Notes under the pieces: generated by a model | What the model was told of the DNA's origin: nothing | The model's input: only the letters and a program-made list of their open reading frames with translations | The model's database searches: none | Part shown: piece by piece, positions 37,480 to 46,663 of the stretch | Layout: each line of letters begins with the position of its first letter | Position numbering within the stretch: the first letter of the stretch is position 1 | Translations under genes and position numbers: made by a program | NCBI GenBank assembly: GCA_041665065.1 | Contig: JBAYJM010000001.1 | Span: forward strand, 23,116 to 87,115 | DNA from: Candidatus Buchananbacteria bacterium | GTDB lineage: Bacteria > Patescibacteriota > Patescibacteriia > 2-01-FULL-39-33 | Length of the DNA: 64,000 nt | Direction: 5' to 3'

Positions 37480-37528
37480 GGAACTGGCAAGAAATACGAA
37501 ACACGCCAGTTCCCCCGCTTATTTTATT
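37480..37528 (+). terminator. Intrinsic terminator GGAACTGGC-loop-GCCAGTTCC + T-rich tail
   Basis: 9-bp stem with a 16-nt loop, followed by cccgcttattttatttg. A smaller GGTCT-gaaa-AGACC hairpin lies just upstream. Confidence 0.5.
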
Positions 37529-37562
37529 TGCTTTAAAATCATAAAATGCTAGTATATTAAAT

Positions 37563-37883
37563 ATGAAAAGATTCACCAAAAAGAAAGAGGATTTCATCTG
37601 TCAAAATTGCGGGCAGGAAGTCAAAGGCGATGGCTATACAAATCATTGCCCTCATTGTCTTTGGTCAAAACACGTTGATGTTAATCCCGGCGACCGCCTT
37701 GAGGAATGTGGCGGAATGATGAGGCCTATTGATGTTTACAAACAGAAACAAGACTGGATACTAACTCATCGCTGTGAAATCTGTGGGGCAATAAAACGGA
37801 ATAAAATTGATGAAAACGATGATTTCGACAAGGTGATAAAATTGGTCAAAGAGATTAGCGATAAAAAAACAAAAAAATCATAA
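37563..37883 (+). CDS. RNHCP domain protein (zinc ribbon)
   Basis: 106 aa. CQNCG...GYTNHCPHCLWSKHVD...CEICG matches the RNHCP motif. Confidence 0.65.
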   Translation: MKRFTKKKEDFICQNCGQEVKGDGYTNHCPHCLWSKHVDVNPGDRLEECGGMMRPIDVYKQKQDWILTHRCEICGAIKRNKIDENDDFDKVIKLVKEISDKKTKKS

Positions 37884-37993
37884 ATTAATTACTATTTTAA
37901 TTTATTTTTGTTATAATTAATTTAAGTTTAGTAATTCAAATAGCCTAAGATGGTTGTTTTTTTAAATCACCATTTTTATAAACTTATTTATAT

Positions 37994-39715
37994 ATGGCCA
38001 TTGGAACAATACCGGAAAAATTCGTTGAGATAGCGGAAAAATTTCCAAATAAAACCGCCCTCATGCATAAGCAGAAGGGCAAATACAAATCAATCACCTT
38101 TACTCAATTATTTGAGTCGGTGAGAGTGGCTTGCTCGGCGCTTAAGGAAATGGGAATTGGCAAGGGCGACAAGGTTGCCATCATGTCCGAAGGCCGGCCG
38201 GAATGGGTGATAGTTGATTTGGCGGCCATGTGTCTTGGAGCGATAACTGTTCCAATCCATACGACTCTTAGCGCCAAAATTATCAACCACATAATAGAGC
38301 ACAGCGAGGCCAAAATAATTTTTGCTTCTAAAACTGAATATCTAAATAAAATTTCTCAAGATGAATGCATTTGTCTTGAGAATTTTGTTTTAATGGAGAA
38401 TTTTGTTGGGAGCGAAATTGAAATTAAAAAAACAATCAGTTGGAAAAAGTTTTTTGAATTGGTAAAAGATAAAAATTTCAAATTGGAAAAAATAGATTCA
38501 GAAGATGTTTGTACAATTATTTATACCTCCGGCACCACTGGCTTGCCCAAAGGCGTAATGCTTTCGCATAAAAATATTTTAAGCAATGTCGAGATGATTT
38601 TAAAAGGTATTCCTGCTTACTCAAGTGATACCTTCTTGTCATTTCTGCCATTGTCACATGTTTTGGAGCGAACTGCAGGCTATTATGTTCCTCTTTCGGT
38701 TGGTGCGACAATCGCTTATGCGGAAAATTCCAAAACTTTGCCCAAAAATTTGCTGGAAATAAAACCAACGATTTTGATTTGCGTGCCAAGAATTTTTGAA
38801 AAATTTAGTGATGCGATTTGGGACAATATTGGCAAGTCATCTGCGTTAAGTAAAAAAATATTTTATTGGGCGCTTAAAAGAAAAAAGGGCCTTGGGTATT
38901 TTATCGCCGATAAATTGGTTTTTAAAAAAGTTAGGAATAAAATGGGCGGACGTTTGCGCTTGGCGGTTTCCGGCGGTGCTTCGCTTGATGAAAGAATCGG
39001 CAAGTTTTTTAATAAAGTGGGAGTAAAAATTTTAGAAGGCTATGGCTTGACGGAAACAGCGCCGGTTTTGTCAGCAAACAGATTGGATAATTTTAAATTT
39101 GGAACAGTCGGACGACCTCTTTTGGGATTAGAAATAAAAATTTCTGCTGATAAGGAAATTTTAGCTAAGGGCCCGAACGTGATGAAGGGTTATTATAAAA
39201 ATGAAATAGAAACAAAAGAAGCAATTGATGATGAAGGCTGGTTCCATACCGGTGATTTTGGCTTTATTGACAGTGACGGCTTTTTGGTAATTATCGGCAG
39301 GAAAAAAGAAATGATTATAACTTCCGGTGGCAAAAATATCTGGCCGGAGCACATTGAAACAGAACTTAATTTTGATAAATTAATTTCCCAGTCAATCATT
39401 GTCGGACATAAACGGAAATTTGTTTCAGCCTTGATCGTTCCAAATTGCCAGGAGTTGAATCTATATTTAAAATCAAAAGGCTTAGCTGAAAAGAAATTAT
39501 CAGATTTAAATCATGACGGAGAAATTTTAAAAATCTATCATGACTGCGTAGGAAAAATAAACGGCAATCTGTCTGATTACGAACAAATTAAAAAATTCTG
39601 TCTGATTGATAGGGAATTCACGCAGGAATTGGATGAAATCACGCCAACTTTAAAAATCAGGAGGCATGCCATTGAGCATCATTTTAAAAGGGAGATAGAG
39701 GGGATGTATTTGTAA
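37994..39715 (+). CDS. Long-chain-fatty-acid--CoA ligase (AMP-dependent synthetase, FadD-like)
   Basis: 573 aa. AMP-binding signature IYTSGTTGLPKGV; also GYGLTE and the adenylate-binding GWFHTGD motif. Confidence 0.8.
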   Translation: MAIGTIPEKFVEIAEKFPNKTALMHKQKGKYKSITFTQLFESVRVACSALKEMGIGKGDKVAIMSEGRPEWVIVDLAAMCLGAITVPIHTTLSAKIINHIIEHSEAKIIFASKTEYLNKISQDECICLENFVLMENFVGSEIEIKKTISWKKFFELVKDKNFKLEKIDSEDVCTIIYTSGTTGLPKGVMLSHKNILSNVEMILKGIPAYSSDTFLSFLPLSHVLERTAGYYVPLSVGATIAYAENSKTLPKNLLEIKPTILICVPRIFEKFSDAIWDNIGKSSALSKKIFYWALKRKKGLGYFIADKLVFKKVRNKMGGRLRLAVSGGASLDERIGKFFNKVGVKILEGYGLTETAPVLSANRLDNFKFGTVGRPLLGLEIKISADKEILAKGPNVMKGYYKNEIETKEAIDDEGWFHTGDFGFIDSDGFLVIIGRKKEMIITSGGKNIWPEHIETELNFDKLISQSIIVGHKRKFVSALIVPNCQELNLYLKSKGLAEKKLSDLNHDGEILKIYHDCVGKINGNLSDYEQIKKFCLIDREFTQELDEITPTLKIRRHAIEHHFKREIEGMYL

Positions 39716-39719
39716 AAAC

Positions 39720-39748
39720 TTGACAAGTTTTTTTGCTTATCCTATTAT
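39720..39748 (+). promoter_or_regulatory. Promoter TTGACA-17-TATTAT
   Basis: Consensus -35, 17-nt spacer, near-consensus -10. A terminator follows about 70 nt downstream, ahead of the helicase gene. Confidence 0.4.
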
Positions 39749-39816
39749 ATATTTATATGCTAAGAATAAAGCTCAAACACAAGTATTTTATTGATTTAAA
39801 TATCATAAGCAAGTTG

Positions 39817-39850
39817 GAAACCGCCTAGAACCATGAGGGCGGTTTTTTAG
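39817..39850 (+). terminator. Intrinsic terminator CCGCC-loop-GGCGG + TTTTTT in a leader region
   Basis: aaaccgcctagaaccatgagggcggtttttt. With the promoter at 39720 it bounds a transcript of about 95 nt. Confidence 0.45.
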
Positions 39851-39862
39851 TTTAAAAAACAT

Positions 39863-41671
39863 ATGACTACAGAACAAAAAGAAGAATATTTATCCAAGGC
39901 AAAATTGATTTTAAATAGCAAGTCAAGGGCCATCAGTTCCGAAATTGAACGCATACCGGCTGAGTCAATGAAATTAAATGAATTAAAATATGGCTCGGCT
40001 GAAGATCAATTGACTTACCAAACGATGCTGGCGACATACAGAAGACGTTTTAATGATTTACAAAATCTTTATCCGTCGCCATATTTTTATTATTGCCTGG
40101 TGAAATTTGATGGCGAGGATGATTTCAGGGAGCTTTATTTTTCAAAATTTTCTTTTGATAATGAATCAATATACTCGTGGGCATCGCCGGTATCGCAAAT
40201 CAGGTTTGAATCGCCAGGGCGTTTTGTTTTTGAAACAAATGGCAACAAACAATCGGGATTTATGATTAAAAAAGATCAGTATTTGATCAATGAAAATAAA
40301 ATAATATTTCTGGCAACGGAAAATGGAGATAATCCAAGAGAATTAATTTACCAAGAATATTTTTCCACTCGTAAAACTGCTTTTGTCTTGCCGGAAATCG
40401 TCGCACAAATGGAAAAGGCGCAGGATCAAGTGGTCAGGGCATCATTTGGGGGATTATTGGCAGTGACCGGGCCGGCCGGATCTGGAAAAACAACTTTGGC
40501 TTTGCATCGTATTGCATATTTGCTTCAGGCTCCTGAGATGTCGGAAAAATTATCAGACAAAGATATTTTGGTTTTTGTCCAAGATGAAAGTACGCGCGAT
40601 TATTTTTCGCATTTGCTTCCTGATTTAGGAATTAAGGATGTTGAAATTACAACTTTGGCTTCTTGGGCGAAGCGAATTCTGCCGTTAGCTGGCTGGGAAA
40701 TTGTCGAGCATGAAAAAGACAGCGATGCTTCTTATGTTTGGGCAAAAATAACTGCTTTGCGGGATGGAAATAAGGCAACTTGGCGAAACGACTGGTTTAA
40801 TATTTTAAATGATAAATATGGCAAGCAGTTTAATGGCGAGCAATCTGTCAGATTATCGGCGCAAAAGAAAAATAAAGTCTTGGATCGTATAGATTTGGCA
40901 ATACTTTTGTCTGCAAAATATGAAGCAGATGGATTTTTCAATATTGAAAAAGAATATTATACTGTGGCCAAGGATATGGAGCTTAAAAAGAAAACCGGCA
41001 GATTTAAAGCCTCATACAAGCTGATGATTATTGATGAATTTCAGAATTATCTGTCGGAGCAGTTAGACTTGTTCGGTAGGGCAGTCAACGAAATCGACGG
41101 TGAAAGCGTTTATATTGGTGATTTTAATCAAAGAGTAAGATTGGGCACATCTTTAAATACAGAAAGCCTCGGACAAAATTTCTCAGCAGAGAGATTGGTA
41201 AAATTATCAAAAGTTTACCGTAATACTAAAGAAATATTATTATATTTACAGGGGCTTAGATATAAAGTTAATATTCCTGAGATGATAAAGTCTGGTCCGG
41301 AGGCTAAAGAATTGGCATTCTCACAAGCAGAAGAGGCACAATATATTGCAGATCAGATTGAAAATTTAAAAGAGGTAAGTGTCGGAATTCTTTCACACAA
41401 TGAAAAAACAGTGAATTTTTACAAAGAAAGATTTAAGGAATATAAAAATGTAAAAGCCATGTCTTTGACTGATTCGCAGGGCGTTGAGTTTGATACGGTT
41501 TTCCTGGCAGGAGTCGATGACGATTTATTATCAGTAAAACATTTGCCTCAGGAACTGCAGGGAGAAATGGCAAAAATAAAAAGGGACTTGCTCTATATTG
41601 CGCTGACTAGGGCGATGAATGGATTGCATGTTTTAGGTGAGAGGAAATTAAGTGATATAATTAAGGTATGA
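39863..41671 (+). CDS. UvrD/PcrA/HelD-like superfamily-1 helicase
   Basis: 602 aa. Walker A AVTGPAGSGKTTLALHRIAYLL, Walker B MIIDEFQN, C-terminal GVEFDTVFLAGVDD. Confidence 0.65.
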   Translation: MTTEQKEEYLSKAKLILNSKSRAISSEIERIPAESMKLNELKYGSAEDQLTYQTMLATYRRRFNDLQNLYPSPYFYYCLVKFDGEDDFRELYFSKFSFDNESIYSWASPVSQIRFESPGRFVFETNGNKQSGFMIKKDQYLINENKIIFLATENGDNPRELIYQEYFSTRKTAFVLPEIVAQMEKAQDQVVRASFGGLLAVTGPAGSGKTTLALHRIAYLLQAPEMSEKLSDKDILVFVQDESTRDYFSHLLPDLGIKDVEITTLASWAKRILPLAGWEIVEHEKDSDASYVWAKITALRDGNKATWRNDWFNILNDKYGKQFNGEQSVRLSAQKKNKVLDRIDLAILLSAKYEADGFFNIEKEYYTVAKDMELKKKTGRFKASYKLMIIDEFQNYLSEQLDLFGRAVNEIDGESVYIGDFNQRVRLGTSLNTESLGQNFSAERLVKLSKVYRNTKEILLYLQGLRYKVNIPEMIKSGPEAKELAFSQAEEAQYIADQIENLKEVSVGILSHNEKTVNFYKERFKEYKNVKAMSLTDSQGVEFDTVFLAGVDDDLLSVKHLPQELQGEMAKIKRDLLYIALTRAMNGLHVLGERKLSDIIKV

Positions 41672-42270
41672 ATAATCCAAAAATAATTTTTATAGATTGG
41701 CACAAGACATTATCAAATTCGTTTTTCTGGTCTGGCAATTTAAAATATTCTGATGTATTTTTTAAGCATAATAGGGAATTAATTAATCCGTGGATGAGAG
41801 GCGAATATACCGCAGAAGAAGTTTGTAAAATTTTATCTGACCAGAATAACTTTGATTTTGATGATGTTTTAAAAAGTTTACGAGAAAGCTGTGGCAGGAT
41901 GACCTTTGTTTCTGACAAAATTCCAGAGTTGATCAAAAATATCAGATCAAAAGGAATTAAGGTTATTGTCGCAACTGATAATATGGACACTTTCTCTCGA
42001 TTTACAATTCCGGAATTGGATTTAAAAAATATTTTTGATGATTTTTTGCTCTCTTATGATCTTAAGGTTTTGAAAAATGATGTAGGAGAAAATTCAATTC
42101 CATTTTTTGACGATTATTTAAATAAAAATTCATTGGATTATAGAGATTGTGTTTTATTGGATGATAGCGGATCGAGTTCGGTTTATGATAGCCTTGGGTT
42201 TAAATCAGTAATGATTGGAAATGGCGATGAGTTATTAGATGTTTTAGAAAATATACTGAAAATTAATTAA
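41668..42270 (+). CDS. HAD-like hydrolase (degenerate motif I) or hypothetical
   Basis: 200 aa. FIDWHKTLS where the HAD DxD motif would be, K-containing motif III, LLDDSG motif IV. Low confidence. Confidence 0.35.
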   Translation: MNNPKIIFIDWHKTLSNSFFWSGNLKYSDVFFKHNRELINPWMRGEYTAEEVCKILSDQNNFDFDDVLKSLRESCGRMTFVSDKIPELIKNIRSKGIKVIVATDNMDTFSRFTIPELDLKNIFDDFLLSYDLKVLKNDVGENSIPFFDDYLNKNSLDYRDCVLLDDSGSSSVYDSLGFKSVMIGNGDELLDVLENILKIN

Positions 42271-42277
42271 TAAAATA

Positions 42278-42928
42278 ATGAAAGGAATAATAATCGACGG
42301 TGTTGCATCATCTGGAAAAACAATGATTTTTCAGCTCCTGCAAAAAAAGCTTGTAGAATTCAAGCCATCGACGACTAAACTATTTATCAGCGAACATTAT
42401 ACTCAAAGAATGATTGAACATCTAAGAGATGATGGAAGTTTGAACGGAGGCGATATTAAAAAGCATATTGAAAAAATAATTACTGTTTTATCAGAATTTC
42501 AAAACATGTTGGAAGCCTCAAAATTTAATAATCAGCAGGCAAATGCAGACTCTATTGTCGTATTAGAAAGATTTATTTTAACGCATTTTGTTTCGCAAAA
42601 AAATGAAGATGATTTTTCAATAGACGATGCAAAAATTTATTTTACTAAATTAAAAAATTTTAATATAAAGCAAATTCTATTAATTATTCCACAAAACAAA
42701 ATAAGAGAAAGGATAATGTCGACCTTGAATTATCGAAATGACGCCTGGAAAGAATATTTGCTTTCAAAGGGCAGTGAAGATCAAATAATTGAGGAATATA
42801 TAAAATGGCAAGAAAAATGTATTAAATACGCTGGAATTTTTAAAGATTTTATCGACACTGAAGTTATAGAAGTAAAAGAAAATGATTATGATAATTATGT
42901 CGAAAAGATTTTAAAATCATTAACATGA
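42278..42928 (+). CDS. P-loop NTPase (nucleoside/nucleotide kinase-like), unknown specificity
   Basis: 216 aa. N-terminal Walker A IIIDGVASSGKTM. Confidence 0.45.
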   Translation: MKGIIIDGVASSGKTMIFQLLQKKLVEFKPSTTKLFISEHYTQRMIEHLRDDGSLNGGDIKKHIEKIITVLSEFQNMLEASKFNNQQANADSIVVLERFILTHFVSQKNEDDFSIDDAKIYFTKLKNFNIKQILLIIPQNKIRERIMSTLNYRNDAWKEYLLSKGSEDQIIEEYIKWQEKCIKYAGIFKDFIDTEVIEVKENDYDNYVEKILKSLT

Positions 42929-43001
42929 ATAAATCACTCAAAATTCGTATATTTTTCCATTTATGGTATAATTTTAAGTAAATTAGCAAAGATATAGTAA
43001 T

Positions 43002-43913
43002 ATGCCCAGGGAGAAGAAAATTTGCCTATTGTTTTTCGGCGATTATTGTTCCCAAGACCAAATGAGCGTTTGGTTGGAAAATATTCCAGAGCTGAAGGTT
43101 TTAAATAAAATTGAGCCAATCTTTGTTTTTGGTAAAAACACCGTTGAAGTTATGGTCGGTGATTGGTTGAGGTTGGCAAAAATAATTTCTGATTCAGCTG
43201 AAAAATACGACGGCTTTGTTGTACTTCACAACATAGAAAATTTGCTTTTTTCTTCCGCGGCTATTTCCTTTCTCTTGCCTAATTTTGCAAAACCAATAGT
43301 TTTTACGGGCGGCTTAAGTCCAAAGGCTAAAGATTCAGGCATAAAATCCAATATAATAAATGCATGCCAATTAGCGGGTCATCCTTTGGCTGAAGTCTGC
43401 CTTCTTTTTGGCAATAAAATTTTGCGCGCTAACCAGGCTTCAAGAAATTATTCTTCGTCTCTTAATTTATTTCAGGCATCATCTAGCGGTTCATTGGGAC
43501 AAATAGATTTCAGTATAAGAATTTTCAATCAAACCAAAAGGGATATAGAAAACAAAGTGAAAATGGTCTCAGATTTGGAAGAAAATATTTTAATAGTAGA
43601 GGCTACACCAATATTGTCGATTGCTTCTCTTAAGGATGCTATTAAAAATAAAAAGGGCTTATTAGTTAAGGCCGATGTTAATAAAATTTCTTCAATAGTT
43701 ATAAGTGCATTAGAGGAAATATCTAAAAAAATGCCAGTTGTGATTTTCGGCAAACAGCAAACAGACCAATTGCCCGACGGATTTATTGTGGTTTCTAATA
43801 TGACTCTAGAGGCCAGTATTATTAAGTTGATGTGGTCATTAAAACAAGTAGCCGCACCCACAAAAATAAAAGACTTAATGCATAAGAATGTGGCAGGAGA
43901 AATAATTATATGA
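43002..43913 (+). CDS. Hypothetical protein
   Basis: 303 aa. Start at ATG 43002 after AGGGAG. No confident family. Confidence 0.4.
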   Translation: MPREKKICLLFFGDYCSQDQMSVWLENIPELKVLNKIEPIFVFGKNTVEVMVGDWLRLAKIISDSAEKYDGFVVLHNIENLLFSSAAISFLLPNFAKPIVFTGGLSPKAKDSGIKSNIINACQLAGHPLAEVCLLFGNKILRANQASRNYSSSLNLFQASSSGSLGQIDFSIRIFNQTKRDIENKVKMVSDLEENILIVEATPILSIASLKDAIKNKKGLLVKADVNKISSIVISALEEISKKMPVVIFGKQQTDQLPDGFIVVSNMTLEASIIKLMWSLKQVAAPTKIKDLMHKNVAGEIII

Positions 43914-44509
43914 AAATCTATTTTTCCGTTGCCCAAAATACAGAAAAGAATACTGATTTAGCAGAGCAGGTTGTTAGGATTTTAAATCAGGCCGGTATAT
44001 TAGTTCTGAGTAATTATAAGCAGGAGGATATTTTTGAATTTGCAGAGCAGGATTTAGAAAGAGTGGAGAATTCCGGTGAATCTATTTTGAAAAAGATAGA
44101 TGCCATAATAATTGACAGTAATTCGTCCACGGAAGAAAGCGGTTATTTAATAGCTCTAGCCTTAACCCATAAAAAACCGATTTTATATCTTGCAGAGAAA
44201 GGAAATGTTTTGGACAGGCATCTGTCGGGATTGCTGAAAAACAAGGATGTGGCTAAAATACTAAAGGTTGCATTTTATTATGATCAGAATTTAGAAAAAG
44301 TGATTTTGAAATTCATCACGGAAATTGAAACTGGCTATGGTATTGAAAATCCAAATATCAAATTCACTTTAAGAATTACTTCCAGAATTGAGCGTTATTT
44401 ATATTGGAAAACTCATAATACAAAGACATCCAAGGCCGATTACTTACGTGATATCCTAGAAAAAATGATCGCTGAAGATGAGGAGTATAAAAAATATTTG
44501 AAGGAATAA
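43910..44509 (+). CDS. Hypothetical protein, possible nucleoside 2-deoxyribosyltransferase-like Rossmann domain
   Basis: 199 aa. KIYFSVA...AGILVL...AIIIDSNSSTEESGYLIALALTHKKPILYL has the flavour of the NDT/DUF4062-type fold. Low confidence. Confidence 0.35.
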   Translation: MKIYFSVAQNTEKNTDLAEQVVRILNQAGILVLSNYKQEDIFEFAEQDLERVENSGESILKKIDAIIIDSNSSTEESGYLIALALTHKKPILYLAEKGNVLDRHLSGLLKNKDVAKILKVAFYYDQNLEKVILKFITEIETGYGIENPNIKFTLRITSRIERYLYWKTHNTKTSKADYLRDILEKMIAEDEEYKKYLKE

Positions 44510-44550
44510 AAGCTAGTAAAATTTTCCCGCATTGAGCGGGATTTTTTTAT

Positions 44551-44578
44551 TGACTTAATGTCTAAAATTGCTATAATT
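44551..44578 (+). promoter_or_regulatory. Promoter TTGACT-16-TATAAT, followed by a repeat-containing leader
   Basis: Upstream of the GreA-like gene. The leader at 44585-44730 carries four AGCCGTCG motifs and two GTCGTAAAAA motifs. Confidence 0.4.
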
Positions 44579-44732
44579 AGATTAGTTATCCAAGCCGTCG
44601 CATAGATATCGCCGTCGGTATAAACTAATAATACAGACCAATAAGTATAAAAAACAATAAACAATTAAAGAATTACTTATAGCCGTCGCTAGTCATAGCC
44701 GTCGTAAAAAAAGTGGATAAAGTCGTAAAAAT

Positions 44733-44957
44733 ATGGATAGGGAAATAAAAATTGGAGATTGCATCAGAATTGAATTGGATGGGCAGATTATGGAATTGAA
44801 TATTATTGATGTTTTGCAGAAAGACATGGCATACAATGCCATTACTGCATCTTCGCCATTAGCTCAAGTGGTTTTAGGAATGCAGCGCGGTGAAACGGTA
44901 GAATTCAAATCACCAAGTGGATTAAAATGTTGTCGTATATTAGAAATTATTTCTTAA
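44733..44957 (+). CDS. GreA/GreB C-terminal (FKBP-like) domain protein
   Basis: 74 aa. SPLAQVVLGMQRGETVEF resembles the GreA C-terminal domain signature. Confidence 0.45.
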   Translation: MDREIKIGDCIRIELDGQIMELNIIDVLQKDMAYNAITASSPLAQVVLGMQRGETVEFKSPSGLKCCRILEIIS

Positions 44958-45115
44958 GTTGAAAGTCTTTATTAATTTCTGCCACTATGATAGGGGCAGA
45001 GATCAGGAGGGATTTTTCTTTCTTTGTTCCAGTACTTTGACATCGAAAAAGTAGTTACAATTAACTTGAACCAAAGTCTTCCTATACACCATTACGCCAT
45101 GGAAGGAAAATCATC

Positions 45116-46471
45116 ATGATAGCATCCATCACGAGGCCACTTAATGCTCAACTTGAAATCACTGACAAATGCAATCTTCGGTGCCGTCACTGTTACCATC
45201 TTGACTCCGATTGTGAAAGACATAGTCAAGACCTATCCGATGATCAGGTGATGGAGCTGGTCGAGAAGCTTATAGCTTCTAAAGTGTTCTCGGTTGTTGT
45301 GACTGGTGGCGAGCCGCTCGTACGCAAAGGACTAACCAAGAAGATTATCCGTCGTCTTAAACAAGAAGACATCGATACCTCCCTTAATACAAACCTGTTA
45401 CTTCTAGACAGGGTAAGTCTTGAGGATCTCCTGGCCTGTAAGCTCGACGGTATGCTTGTCTCTTGCACAACGTCCGATTCCGAACTTTACGACCTTATGA
45501 CTCGGGGTGGTAATTATCACCAATTCGAGACAAAGGTTAAAATGCTAGTCACATTGGGACAGCACTTCGCCGTAAATATGGTCGTCAACCGCCATAACAT
45601 CGGGCATATCCGAAAAACAGCAACACGAATGCGAGATATCGGCGTTAAGGTATTTGGCGCAACGCCGATGGGTCTTAACGCCACCAATCCCGACCTTGAG
45701 AACCTTCTTGAAGTAGACCAGGTCAAGTTGCTTGTTGAAGATCTTATCTGGGCACAGGAGCATCTTAACCTCAAAACCGACATATTTGAAGCATTGCCAA
45801 AGTGCGTCTTCCCGGCATGGGTTCGATCAAGGGACTATGCCTTTCTCAACCGCAAGTGCCAGGCTGGCAAAACTATTGCGTCCATTGCCAATAATGGTGA
45901 CGTCCGAGCTTGTTCCCATAATCCCGATGTCTATGGCAACTTGTTTAACGAGTCGATCGAAAGCATCTGGTCGAAAATGGGAGCATGGCGTGATCAGCGC
46001 ACCGCGCCTGGTCGCTGTCTCGGCTGCAAGCTTGTTGGCAGCTGTTACGGAGGATGTAGGATTACCGCCCGCACGTTCACTGGAGATCATCAAGGCGAAG
46101 ATCCGTGGATGGACAAACCACTCTCCGTCAATGATATGCCCCAACGAAAAGTCAATGGTTTGTCCCTTGGACTGGACACAACACTAACTTTCGCCGACAA
46201 ATTACATTGGCGTCAAGAAACCGAAGAAGACTACCTTATGTCGTCAACCCGGGGCAACCGGAATATTACAATGGTTAACAGACCACTTCTGGAATTTGCC
46301 CAGGAATTAAGACGCCTATCGCCAATATCACTAGAGCATCTTGCCAGGGTTGCCGGTTGCAATCCTGGTGATGCCGAGTTTCAAAGAGTCCTTACGTTGC
46401 TTGTAACTAGGGGGTTTGTATACCCACAACAACCAGGAAGAAAGGAGGAACGCTATGTCTCGACCATTTAA
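45116..46471 (+). CDS. Radical SAM enzyme with C-terminal SPASM/twitch auxiliary cluster domain (RiPP maturase-like)
   Basis: 451 aa at about 50% GC. CNLRCRHC = CxxxCxxC at the N-terminus. C-terminal Cys clusters CQAGKT...ACSHN and GRCLGCKLVGSCYGGCRI. GGAAGGAAAA Shine-Dalgarno site. Confidence 0.85.
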   Translation: MIASITRPLNAQLEITDKCNLRCRHCYHLDSDCERHSQDLSDDQVMELVEKLIASKVFSVVVTGGEPLVRKGLTKKIIRRLKQEDIDTSLNTNLLLLDRVSLEDLLACKLDGMLVSCTTSDSELYDLMTRGGNYHQFETKVKMLVTLGQHFAVNMVVNRHNIGHIRKTATRMRDIGVKVFGATPMGLNATNPDLENLLEVDQVKLLVEDLIWAQEHLNLKTDIFEALPKCVFPAWVRSRDYAFLNRKCQAGKTIASIANNGDVRACSHNPDVYGNLFNESIESIWSKMGAWRDQRTAPGRCLGCKLVGSCYGGCRITARTFTGDHQGEDPWMDKPLSVNDMPQRKVNGLSLGLDTTLTFADKLHWRQETEEDYLMSSTRGNRNITMVNRPLLEFAQELRRLSPISLEHLARVAGCNPGDAEFQRVLTLLVTRGFVYPQQPGRKEERYVSTI

Positions 46472-46595
46472 TTTCGCCGCAATGCAAGTTAAGCCGGTAA
46501 ACACCGTCGACAACTGCTTTGACTGCGACTGTGGCGATGGCGGTGGCGATGGCGGCTGCGTCTCGTGCGACAGTTGCGATTGCGACAGCGAATAG
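46455..46595 (+). CDS. Cys/Asp-rich precursor peptide (46 aa) overlapping the 3' end of the rSAM gene
   Basis: Not in the ORF track because it is shorter than 60 aa. AGGAGG sits 6 nt upstream of the ATG. Translation is MSRPFNFAAMQVKPVNTVDNCFDCDCGDGGGDGGCVSCDSCDCDSE: seven Cys, mostly as CD or CxD pairs. Followed by the terminator GGACCTA-loop-TAGGTCC + T-run at 46619-46652. Confidence 0.6.
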   Translation: MSRPFNFAAMQVKPVNTVDNCFDCDCGDGGGDGGCVSCDSCDCDSE

Positions 46596-46618
46596 TTTCG
46601 AATTTTACCCCTCTTTGC

Positions 46619-46652
46619 GGACCTATCCTTGCGGTAGGTCCATTATTTTTAT
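46619..46652 (+). terminator. Intrinsic terminator GGACCTA-tccttgcgg-TAGGTCC + ATTATTTTTAT
   Basis: 7-bp perfect stem directly after the precursor peptide ORF. Confidence 0.55.
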
Positions 46653-46663
46653 AAAATATTAAT

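Noticed and set aside
36953-37597. 214-aa minus-strand ORF overlapping the GC-rich secreted protein gene
   Set aside because: Arg-rich low-complexity translation typical of antisense high-GC sequence. The plus-strand ORF has an AAGGAG Shine-Dalgarno site, a signal peptide and a downstream terminator.
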